Shown piece by piece: positions 29,301 to 37,335 of a stretch of DNA of 64,000 nt (the stretch's first letter is position 1; every line of letters starts with the position of its first letter). The notes under the pieces are model-generated. The model did no database searches. It was not told where the DNA came from and was given only the letters and a program-made list of their open reading frames with translations. Location: positions 39,627 through 103,626 of the forward strand of contig JBCCQQ010000015.1 of assembly GCA_039024555.1 (NCBI GenBank), in the 5' to 3' direction. Made by a program: the position numbers and the translations under genes. Source of the stretch: Cyanobacteria bacterium P01_D01_bin.156. Its GTDB lineage: Bacteria; Cyanobacteriota; Cyanobacteriia; Phormidesmidales; Phormidesmidaceae.

Positions 29301-30509
29301 CAATATAATACCCAAATAGAGGGGCTTGAGAAAATCGTACGCGAAAATCGTCGGGATGATGAGATTTTTCAAGATCCTGATAACCTCAGTTCTAAATCAC
29401 AAGCAATACTTGAAGCTAACCCCGACTCAATTCTTATTTACCCGCTGGTAACTGAGGATAGGTTATGGCTTCTGTGGGCTACGGTCGGAAGTGTTGTTGG
29501 AGGTGTTGAAGTTGATGCTAGTCAAGGTGAGCTTGCGAGTACTGTTCAAGCATTTGGCGAACAACTCAACTCTCGAGGTGATTTAGATACTCTTAATACC
29601 CAAAGCCAAAAGCTTTATAACTGGCTTGTAGCCCCTCTAGAAGAGGAACTTCAGAAGAACAATATTAAGTCTCTTATTTTTGTTAATGATCGGGTAACCC
29701 GGTACATCCCGATGGCATCACTCTACGACGGTGAGCGTTACTTACTTGAGCGATATACTATCTCTACAGTATTAGCACCTGGATTAACAGATACAACAGA
29801 CCGTTTGGATAGCCCTGAGCAATCTCAAATTTTGGGGTTGGGATTAACTCAACCGGTCTCTGGCTTTAACCCTTTACCTGCGGTTGAACAAGAACTTGAT
29901 GCTATTATTCGTAGCGATGCAGCTGACCAGCGTGGCATCTATCCAGGTAAGATTTATCTGGACGATGCTTTTACACTTCAACAACTAAAAGAAGACGTCT
30001 ACGATCATCGAGTTTTACACATTGCTACGCATGCAGCGTTTGTTCCTGGACAACCAGACGATTCGTATATCGTGCTGGGTAATGGCGAGCGTTTGCAGAT
30101 TCCTGATATTAAAGCTATGGGCTCTCGTTTGAGCAACCTACATTTGGTTGTGCTGTCTGCCTGTCAAACGGCTTTAGGAGGTGCAACTGGAGATGGTAGT
30201 GAGATTGCTGGAATTAGCTCATATTTTCTTCAGCAGGATCGTGCGGAGTCTGTTATTGCATCACTATGGGCAGTTAATGACGGTAGCACTAGTGTGTTAA
30301 TGCAGCGTTTTTACGAATTTCTAGCAACTGGAGAACTTTCTAAAGCTGAGGCCCTGCGACAGGCACAGCTTAGCCTACTAGAGAGCAATCAGTCAGGTGA
30401 TGGAGATACTCGCATTATTGGTCAAAGACAAACTGACATTCAAGGCGATGCACTCCTATCGCACCCATATTTTTGGGCACCTTTTATCCTAATTGGCAAT
30501 AGTCTATAG
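26349..30509 (+). CDS. Secreted TPR-repeat CHAT (caspase HetF-associated) domain protein
   Basis: Signal peptide, many TPRs (LGNVYF, LNNIGNVY), VLHIATHA, LVVLSACQT, ASLWAVND and HPYFWAPFILIGN. Confidence 0.93.
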   Translation: MNFFSRLNIFLALSSVLVTVNTVTATYAQTSELQIAQTEATDQTLKQEADDLYNQGNRQANSQQFLQAEESLEKALTLYQSLGDRNAQGNVYFSLGNLYFKLEDYAKSLNYQQQALEIAQEIQDQNLEASISNNVGNIYFEQDELALALQYYEATLAILAESPNPQLEIITLGNLGRRYYEQDRFEEFIPLFERRLELVRAANNPDLEAQIIDQLLEVYEILEQPETENTLKLQADQLFLQGTQQLNLEQVLEAQQSLELALNRYQELGDQSAVGQTYKQLGNVYFFQENYEASLNYQQQALDVAKMLQDKDLEARALNNIGNVYNATDDQTLAIDFYQKALEVAKNDSNGQIVIVALKNLRKVYFEQDALEDYIQVSEQLLGIALNTTDAKASFNLSLGIVGAQNRLGNVDKAVNFAALATELLSKVEDDQFILNSYEPLFDFYDTRRDYRELVTLSESLLDASRRLSDLPNEVGFLSVLSLFHRTLSNYDASIEAANALLAIALENQNEDLEALANFFLAQTYSEQGELQKAIEFSERSAALARQAKDLEAEISANLLTAEVYLNQGEFQKAIEFSEKSAALAQQADDLEAEANSLRILANSLRKQNRYREAIEAAEESIQVAQKSDSLGSIVTVFQARLSLTFIYFDLGDYQRASETSQEMIAGLESFVEVNLSEAGVNGELIEYLAEFSNLFNSLMSAMYLFTQNDYQQMVALLSMTDLAFLEKSSEGNSIFNADLQTLDILIKLLLALGYNSLGDYDAGLRVTKAAIDLSQSISSQTSVGQFSIIDPQTAEGVSLFLIGDMERRRGNFNTALKYYQEANAIVASSTIKVGLARTYSELGLTNTAISHYKNAVKSTEVRRENITSELDSGFQSFFLQKVDADGTRVSDVYRELADLLLSQGRIPEAQQVLDLLKVEELNEFVGNTRATWTTDGLQYTDLEKPIVETYDSLIALGREIYECLQTNCAQRNELFDQQDKLNKQYNTQIEGLEKIVRENRRDDEIFQDPDNLSSKSQAILEANPDSILIYPLVTEDRLWLLWATVGSVVGGVEVDASQGELASTVQAFGEQLNSRGDLDTLNTQSQKLYNWLVAPLEEELQKNNIKSLIFVNDRVTRYIPMASLYDGERYLLERYTISTVLAPGLTDTTDRLDSPEQSQILGLGLTQPVSGFNPLPAVEQELDAIIRSDAADQRGIYPGKIYLDDAFTLQQLKEDVYDHRVLHIATHAAFVPGQPDDSYIVLGNGERLQIPDIKAMGSRLSNLHLVVLSACQTALGGATGDGSEIAGISSYFLQQDRAESVIASLWAVNDGSTSVLMQRFYEFLATGELSKAEALRQAQLSLLESNQSGDGDTRIIGQRQTDIQGDALLSHPYFWAPFILIGNSL

Positions 30510-30527
30510 ATCCTATACAAACTTATA

Positions 30528-30890
30528 GAGCCGATTTGACATCTTTATAATGCAGGGAGAAGCGCTATATCCATTCAAGACCAGCCATTATGCCCTATTC
30601 CAGCAGCCTAACTAACGAAGAATGGGAAGTCCTAGAACTGCTATTACCAGATGTTCTCTCAAAGAAAAAGCGGACTCGATCCCTAGATTGGAGCTATCGA
30701 GAGCTGATTGACGAGATGTTATATCAACGTGAGTTCGATGCATTAGATTGGGCAAAAAAAGCTGAGAGTATACATTCTGAGTGCAAACTACAGAAGTCAA
30801 TACACTCTCATAATCTATATCGCCATAATTCGCCTCATGGTCAGACAATTGGCATAATTCGATACCAACAACTACTTTTCATACATCCTC
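30528..30890 (+). mobile_element. Internally deleted or chimeric IS5-family (IS1031-group-like) relic
   Basis: Left end GAGCCGATTTGA. Transposase N-terminus MPYSSSLTNEEWEVLELLLP from 30590. Transposase C-terminus IYIAIIRLMVRQLA* in another frame at 30813-30857. Right end TTTTCATACATCCTC at 30890. Confidence 0.75.
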
Positions 30891-30967
30891 TAACAACTGG
30901 ACAGAAAAATTACGATCTGCCCCTGCTCTCCTTATTTCTCCTCTACGAATATTTTATGCGCTAATCC

Positions 30968-33850
30968 CTAATGGGCTTGAGGTGGTGTCCGAATAGGAGC
31001 AATTTCTGGCACTGGTAAAACAGTGGTGGGTGGTGGCGGCAAAGGCGGTAGTCCTGAAGGCGGAGATACCCCTTCAGCTTGGGAAGAACGTCGAGATGAT
31101 TGTAGTGGGATAGGTTGTGCCCCTTGGTCAAAGGCTACTTTTTCAATCATGACCGACTGGGTAATCTCTTCATCTAACTCGTTTACCCCTCGTAAAGTGA
31201 TAGTCTCCACACCAGGGGCAGCACTTAATGTATAGCTCATACCATCTACCCTGGTGACTACCTCACCTGGTGCGGGCAACAGCTCCACTTGCTCAGCATA
31301 TTTTACATCCCAGCTCAACTCAACATTCACTTCTCCTCGTGCTGGATTGAGCACATAAACATGACGAGGTTTTTGCTTTACACTCCTGCCATTGACTGCA
31401 AAGTTAGAAATAAAAGGAGCCGGAGGTTTTACACTAACCGTTGGCGTTGTTTCTACAATGGGTGATTCTTCCTTTCCATCCATTGTTATTACTGTTAAAT
31501 AAAACACATAGTCTCCAACCTGATTAGCCTGTGTAGGCACATTGTTACATTGGAGAACCTGGCCGATTTCTCCTGCCACTGTTGTGGGAGAAAATGTACA
31601 ATACTCGTTTAAAGCCAATAATTCGGGTAGAGCCGAGACATTCTCCGAATCATAAAGAAATGGATATATGACTGCTTCAGTATTTTCAGTGCCTTCTGGA
31701 GAAAGACTGGTTAATCGTAATTCTCTAATATCAAAAGGATTGCTGATTTGCCAATTTAATTTTACAGGAACTAGTTGAGGATCTATATTTACAGTATCTA
31801 TGTTCTGTTTTCCAAAGTCTTCTCTAAGATTTGAATTATCAGGGTTGCTCTCTTCAGAGATCGCAATATCTAAATTCTGGGCAGCGATTATTTCTGAAGA
31901 GAAGGAGCCTAAAGCAGGTTTAGAGGTGTCTGCTAAGACAGTAAACAGGCTCACTGTACGATATTCTAATTGAGTTGCTTTTAACTCTAAAATCTCTGGA
32001 GGTTCTGCAGCAGCTACGACAACGTTTTCTAAAATAGATTTATCGGCTAGCTTTTGTTTGTTAGCATCTCCTAATCCTAAAATACGTCGAATTGATGCAA
32101 ATGTGCCTTTCTGACTATGTTCACTACTAGTATCTTTAGTCTCACTGGTATGCTCTTTACCTGTAAAAACTTGCAGCTTAAATTCATAGATACCTTCTGT
32201 CGGCTGCTGTAGTGAGACAATACTGCTTTTTGAAGGACTTAATTCTTCAGTTAAAAAATTAGCAGGAACAATTGTTCTACATTTTAGATATTGTGGACTA
32301 GCGGGTAATTGTATAGCCCGACGATATATCCTGAGCAAAATCTCTATGGGAGAGGGATTATCAATTCTTGTTTCTAAACTACAGCTTCCACTTTGTGTCA
32401 AAGGGGGATATAAAAATGTATCAATGCTGCGCTCATTAAATTGTTCAGACAGAAAGTTTTCGTTGATGTCAACAAAAATACGAGATAGTTCTAGGACAGT
32501 TGTATCATTCTGTGTCAAGATTAATTGTCTAATTTTTGTGGGATTGGTAATCTCCCAGCTAAAGGCAATGGGGTCTGCTTTGCCCTCTTGGTAGGATTCT
32601 TTTGTAGTATTGAATTTAGTAATTTTGGGAACTAGACTTGGTCGCCAAATAAATATATGCCAGGCTAGTGCCAAGAGCCCCACAAAAGCTGTTGTAGCTG
32701 TGGATATGAGTACCAAGAAAAATAGCCAGCGTCGTCGGGCTTTAAGGTTAACGGTGCCGACTGTAGGTTGAGGTAAAGCGGGAATATACTCAGTGTCACT
32801 AATTAAATTTTCTGCTAGCAGATCAAACTCAACAGTACGCGATCTCAACCGCCATATCTTCTGCCACCAGTGTCGAGGCTGAACCACCAGCTGTAAATAG
32901 GTCTCTTCTCCTGGTGTTAGCGTGACTTTAGCAGGAGATAGCTGATACCTTAAAAGCTGTTCACTATCCCATCCCTCAAAAACAAGCTGTCTAAGAATAT
33001 TACCTTGGTTATGGACTAAAACATCAAAATATCGATTTTTCAAGGGAATTGTTAGGGTATTAGGCGTTAGTTCTAGCACTAGATGTTCATCAGCATCCAG
33101 AGTAAAGTAAATAACTTTCAGCAGCGTAATCTCAGGGCGAGCCTTGGAAGAAAGTCGCAATGTAGGATAGTAGCTCCCTGCGACTGAATATCGAGGAGGA
33201 TGAATAGTAGCCTTAACTTCCCCACTTTCCCGTGGATTTAAGAGTAAACCATCAGTAAAGGTCACCACACCTGGTACAGCCGCCGCGCTCTCAGGATACT
33301 GAATCGTAAACCAATCCGAAGGTAAACTGTCACAGTGTAAAAAGAATCGATCGGTACGACGAGATGGGTTATCTATCGTCAGGGTCAGATCTAAGGCGGC
33401 TCCAGCCTTAAGTTTGTGGGGGTGTTCTGAGTCAGTAACAGGAGTTACTGTTAAGCGCGGTTCACTACGCAACCGTGCTTCTTGATCCGAGGGTAACACA
33501 TGTAGCTGTTGGTTCCGTCGTACCTCTTCCCCTGGGTACTGGGAAGAACGCATACGAAGATCGTATCCATAAAATCCCGCCTCTGTTTGTAGGGGGACAG
33601 TGATAGTCAGAGTAACATCTAAACTCTCATCAGGTTGTAGAGTAAGCTCTGATTCAGTTTTGTCAAAGCTAACCCACTGTACAATTCCTGCTGATTGCTG
33701 TTCTGCAGCCTCTACCCATAATTCTAAATAGGCCGCTCGTTCTCCCCGGTTATGCAATGTGACAATGCGGTGAATCGGGTCACCACCAGGTTTAGTACCT
33801 TGATTATCTCCTTGAATATCTAAAAATAGATGTTGTAATGTCGATACCAT
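30968..33850 (-). CDS. Large bitopic membrane protein: Ig-like (COG1470-type) N-terminal domains, one TM helix, repeated C-terminal beta-domains, Pro-rich tail
   Basis: VTLHNRGER, LTIDNPSRRTDRF and VLVHNQGN beta-domains, then the TM segment RRRWLFFLVLIS...LLALAWHIF. Repeat FSWEITNP / LNWQISNP. Start taken at ATG 33850. Confidence 0.75.
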   Translation of the reverse strand: MVSTLQHLFLDIQGDNQGTKPGGDPIHRIVTLHNRGERAAYLELWVEAAEQQSAGIVQWVSFDKTESELTLQPDESLDVTLTITVPLQTEAGFYGYDLRMRSSQYPGEEVRRNQQLHVLPSDQEARLRSEPRLTVTPVTDSEHPHKLKAGAALDLTLTIDNPSRRTDRFFLHCDSLPSDWFTIQYPESAAAVPGVVTFTDGLLLNPRESGEVKATIHPPRYSVAGSYYPTLRLSSKARPEITLLKVIYFTLDADEHLVLELTPNTLTIPLKNRYFDVLVHNQGNILRQLVFEGWDSEQLLRYQLSPAKVTLTPGEETYLQLVVQPRHWWQKIWRLRSRTVEFDLLAENLISDTEYIPALPQPTVGTVNLKARRRWLFFLVLISTATTAFVGLLALAWHIFIWRPSLVPKITKFNTTKESYQEGKADPIAFSWEITNPTKIRQLILTQNDTTVLELSRIFVDINENFLSEQFNERSIDTFLYPPLTQSGSCSLETRIDNPSPIEILLRIYRRAIQLPASPQYLKCRTIVPANFLTEELSPSKSSIVSLQQPTEGIYEFKLQVFTGKEHTSETKDTSSEHSQKGTFASIRRILGLGDANKQKLADKSILENVVVAAAEPPEILELKATQLEYRTVSLFTVLADTSKPALGSFSSEIIAAQNLDIAISEESNPDNSNLREDFGKQNIDTVNIDPQLVPVKLNWQISNPFDIRELRLTSLSPEGTENTEAVIYPFLYDSENVSALPELLALNEYCTFSPTTVAGEIGQVLQCNNVPTQANQVGDYVFYLTVITMDGKEESPIVETTPTVSVKPPAPFISNFAVNGRSVKQKPRHVYVLNPARGEVNVELSWDVKYAEQVELLPAPGEVVTRVDGMSYTLSAAPGVETITLRGVNELDEEITQSVMIEKVAFDQGAQPIPLQSSRRSSQAEGVSPPSGLPPLPPPPTTVLPVPEIAPIRTPPQAH

Positions 33851-33882
33851 GACTAATATGAAAGCGTAAGGGGCAGCATCGT

Positions 33883-36177
33883 CTATTGACAAGAATTGGC
33901 CGATAGCGCTTTTCGATACAGTTGAACACGATGATCAGCCGTATCCGCAGCAATTAGGAGAATATCATTACGATTTGGACGTTCACCGTCATTAGTTGTG
34001 AGATGGATATCAACAGTATTGAGAGAGTATTTTGGAATACGGTCTATAGTAAATTGCTGAAGCTGATTTTTGTTATTAAACCGCCAGAGATCGATATGCC
34101 CGCTGTCGCCAGTGCTGGCAATATAGCACCCATTAGCTGTGATTGCTACATCTCGTACAGCATGACCTGTAAAATTTTGAGGCCACTGATGTAGCTTGGC
34201 CTGAGGACAATCAGCCAAGTATAGGTCATGGCCACTTTTTTCAGCTGCATCAGCGAGTGGAGAACGTTGGGTGGATTTTCTAGCGCATTGAACCAAAGAT
34301 TCAACATCCCAAAGTGTGATAACTCCAACACTGTCGGCTGTAACCATATGATTACCTTCATCGGCTACAGCTACCTGGGTAAGATAGCTATTACTGCTGA
34401 TGACAGGAGAAATCGTTGGTGCCATTTGCTGTTCTTCAGGCCAGGTATAACGAATGTCGTAGGCTCGATTCCGCGACCAGTCCCAAAGCACTAATCGGTT
34501 AAATTGGGTAGAGATCGCAACTAAACTCTCTCTAGAACCATTCTCTATCACATCCAATGACGAGACTGTTGTTCCCAAAAATAATGGTGTTCCCTTGGCT
34601 TTACCCAGGGTCATATCCCACTGATAAACTTGACCACTACCATGGCCACTAAATAGGTATCGAGAGTTTTGGGTAAACGCTAGGTCAAAGACTTTGTTAC
34701 CCGATGTGACACCATCTAAAAATGAAGGCACATACTCAGGTGGATCCATCTTCCACAGCTGAATCCCACCATTTTCTAAACCCACTGCTATTTGTTTATT
34801 CTCTGCGGGTAAAGGCTTAATTACCCGAATAGCTGACTGAAATGAATTTTCCTGGGTCTCAATCTTTTGGCGAAACTTGAGGCGACGTACATTAGGTAGC
34901 CAAGGAGTATGGGATACCTGCCAGCGGCGTAGGGTCTGATCACGAGAACCACTGGCTACGGTATCGCCGTTAGACATTAACGCCACACTATTAACAGGCC
35001 CCTGGTGCCATGGGCGTGGTGACAGTAACCAGAGCCAACCTAACCCTAAACAGCCTAGAAGCGGCAACAGTAGCTGTAACCACCAAGGCAAAACGGGACG
35101 TAATTTCAGAGTCAATGGCAGACAGGCAGGTTGCACATTAACATTGGCAATGGATTCAGTTGAGTCAGCGTAGGTGAGCTGGGGCCAAACTTCCAGTTGT
35201 CGCGTTTGTGTCCAGCCCACGAACGGACGGCATGCTTCTATTCGCAGATCGTGGGCTATTTGTTGATCAGGTAACACCTCTATAGAGGTTGGTTCTAACT
35301 GCTCGCTTCCTTTTAGGTGGCGGGGTTGTAAAAGAATACTTTGAGAGACATTGCTGCGATTTTGGATCTCAAAGCGATAATCGATGGTCTGTTGTCTTTG
35401 CATTGACCAGCCAGAGAAGTTCTTCGGCGCGGTCTGTTCAGCATCAACGGCTATTACTTCTGTGTGACCAAAAGGCAAAATTTCTAACCTACTACCAACA
35501 CTAGCGTCATTGCCCTTATTATCAGTGGCTTCAATGGTAAACGGACGTACCTGTTGTAAATTGCTAGGTACCGGTGTGGGCGCACACCAAAATTCAGTTT
35601 CCGCTGAATCACCAGCTTCTACCCAAATTGTTTTCTCAAATGCTTCAGGCAACCAATCTAGTTCTAACCCCTGCAGCCGTACCGTTATATTTTGTGGTGT
35701 GGGGTTAAGGTTATAGACCAGAACAGGAATACGCAATCGGCTACCTGGAGTTACCTGCAAATCTTGTAGAGGTAAATAAACTCGAAGGGTTTTTGAAGGA
35801 CGCAGAATCTGAATATAGAGCGGTTGATGGATACTCGCATCGGCAAGCTCTGCCGAAAATACCGTAAGCTGGGCTGGAATAGTTGTACCGTAGGCCGAAA
35901 TCGGTGTATCCGTCAGAGTAATATAAAACGTTGTGCGGTCGCCTGGGGGTTTTTTAGCGCCCATGTTTGGCTCAATTTTGTACCATTCTCCAATGTCATT
36001 GGGAATTTGACCCTCCACATGCAGGGCGACTTGGAAACTAGCAAACACCTGACTGAGATTTGTGACGGTAACGGCTAGATCAGGAGTTTGATTAGCGCGA
36101 GCTATCCCCTCATTATCAGGATTAAATATGATGTGATGGGTAGATAATTCAACTTTGATGGGAGTTGTCACAATCAT
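33883..36177 (-). CDS. Bitopic membrane protein with Ig-like N-terminal domains and a C-terminal WD40 propeller
   Basis: TM segment PWWLQLLLPLLGCLGLGWLWLL, then HQGPVNSVA..VASGSRDQTLRRW, LFSGHGSGQVYQWD and GHAVRDVAI..IASTGDSGHIDLW. Start taken at ATG 36177. Confidence 0.8.
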   Translation of the reverse strand: MIVTTPIKVELSTHHIIFNPDNEGIARANQTPDLAVTVTNLSQVFASFQVALHVEGQIPNDIGEWYKIEPNMGAKKPPGDRTTFYITLTDTPISAYGTTIPAQLTVFSAELADASIHQPLYIQILRPSKTLRVYLPLQDLQVTPGSRLRIPVLVYNLNPTPQNITVRLQGLELDWLPEAFEKTIWVEAGDSAETEFWCAPTPVPSNLQQVRPFTIEATDNKGNDASVGSRLEILPFGHTEVIAVDAEQTAPKNFSGWSMQRQQTIDYRFEIQNRSNVSQSILLQPRHLKGSEQLEPTSIEVLPDQQIAHDLRIEACRPFVGWTQTRQLEVWPQLTYADSTESIANVNVQPACLPLTLKLRPVLPWWLQLLLPLLGCLGLGWLWLLSPRPWHQGPVNSVALMSNGDTVASGSRDQTLRRWQVSHTPWLPNVRRLKFRQKIETQENSFQSAIRVIKPLPAENKQIAVGLENGGIQLWKMDPPEYVPSFLDGVTSGNKVFDLAFTQNSRYLFSGHGSGQVYQWDMTLGKAKGTPLFLGTTVSSLDVIENGSRESLVAISTQFNRLVLWDWSRNRAYDIRYTWPEEQQMAPTISPVISSNSYLTQVAVADEGNHMVTADSVGVITLWDVESLVQCARKSTQRSPLADAAEKSGHDLYLADCPQAKLHQWPQNFTGHAVRDVAITANGCYIASTGDSGHIDLWRFNNKNQLQQFTIDRIPKYSLNTVDIHLTTNDGERPNRNDILLIAADTADHRVQLYRKALSANSCQ

Positions 36178-36182
36178 GCTGG

Positions 36183-37331
36183 TTATCGTAAAAGCTTTTG
36201 AATATGGCTGTCGTACCAAACGTAATACAAGAGGTTAATACCTAACTCATGCCAAGCCCTAATTTGTTCACGAGATTGTTCTTTACCCTCCCAGTAGTCA
36301 AATAGCTCTGCTGGCACAATGAGGATACGATCATCAATCCATAGATTGTTGGCCTCAGAAAATTTTGGCAGCTTACCAAATAAAAAAGGATATTGAGTGA
36401 TTGGATGTGGTGCCCTCACTGGCTGAGGCTCTGAACGGCGTCGTAGTTGTTTTAAGCTATCAAGGAGTTCCTGATCACACCTGTCGGCAACAATTATCAA
36501 ACTACCAAGATAGTTACTTAAGCTCTGTAATAGGCTATCCCCACTAGGGGCATTAGACTGTTGCCATGCCATCAAGCGTTTGCCGTCTAAACAGATGACA
36601 TCTACGGATGGTTCAAACTTTGTTAGGGGATACAACTGACTATGTAAACCCGGGTAGAGCACCTGCATCCCCTGGAACAATGACATTAAAGCACGTTGGT
36701 ACGTTCTGTTCTTAGACAATAGCCCTAGGCTGAGAGAACGTTGCGATCGCAGCTGAGCAAATCGACGGTGGGTTAAATCTAGCTCTCCTAGACTGGGAGT
36801 TAATTGCTGGCTAGGCATCGCTAAGCTCTCCTGCCCTAGTGAAACCCGAATGCGACACAGTTCAATATCTTTAGGATCTAGCCTGTTGAGGCGCTGATCA
36901 AAGCGAAACTGTTCCTGCAATCGATCCGTCGAATTTGGCAAATCTAACTGTTTCGGGTCCACATGACGCAATACAATATGTAGCGTTTGAACCCGATTGG
37001 TTAGGGGGGGGATTGTCACCGGATATGTGCGATCGGTACTCTCACCGACAACAATCGGGTTGCCTTCTCCATCAATGGCAAATCCCGGCTGTACCTCAAT
37101 CCAACTTTTTGCCTTAAACTGAGGTGCAATACCTGCCGGGGGCGCAATCAGCTTCACCCCCAATCCATAGACAATCCCAGGTTGCCAAAGCGCCTGATAA
37201 TGAACACTCTGTCGTTGTTGATGATACTGGTGGGCTAGCTGCCAGCGCTCTGCATTGATGCGCAAATTGTCTTGCACATTGAGCTGTGTTAATGGCGTAA
37301 GTGCCGGCAATGGAAAAACATCTGACGACAT
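36183..37331 (-). CDS. DUF4159-like protein with a CIS tail-fibre/baseplate-type N-terminal domain
   Basis: LNVQDNLRINAERWQLAHQYHQQRQSVHYQALWQPGIVYGLGV...VQPGFAIDGEGNPIVV and C-terminal HPITQYPFLF...REQIRAWHELGINLL. Family recalled, not searched. Start 37331 or 37343. Confidence 0.65.
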   Translation of the reverse strand: MSSDVFPLPALTPLTQLNVQDNLRINAERWQLAHQYHQQRQSVHYQALWQPGIVYGLGVKLIAPPAGIAPQFKAKSWIEVQPGFAIDGEGNPIVVGESTDRTYPVTIPPLTNRVQTLHIVLRHVDPKQLDLPNSTDRLQEQFRFDQRLNRLDPKDIELCRIRVSLGQESLAMPSQQLTPSLGELDLTHRRFAQLRSQRSLSLGLLSKNRTYQRALMSLFQGMQVLYPGLHSQLYPLTKFEPSVDVICLDGKRLMAWQQSNAPSGDSLLQSLSNYLGSLIIVADRCDQELLDSLKQLRRRSEPQPVRAPHPITQYPFLFGKLPKFSEANNLWIDDRILIVPAELFDYWEGKEQSREQIRAWHELGINLLYYVWYDSHIQKLLR

Positions 37332-37335
37332 AGGC

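Noticed and set aside
30590..30964. 124-aa ORF as a functional transposase
   Set aside because: Similarity ends after about 46 aa, there is no DDE domain, and the C-terminal relic is in another frame.
24607..36742. 12-kb gap without HIP1 as evidence of horizontal transfer
   Set aside because: Gaps of about 9 kb occur elsewhere in the window and my count is by eye, so this is only suggestive.
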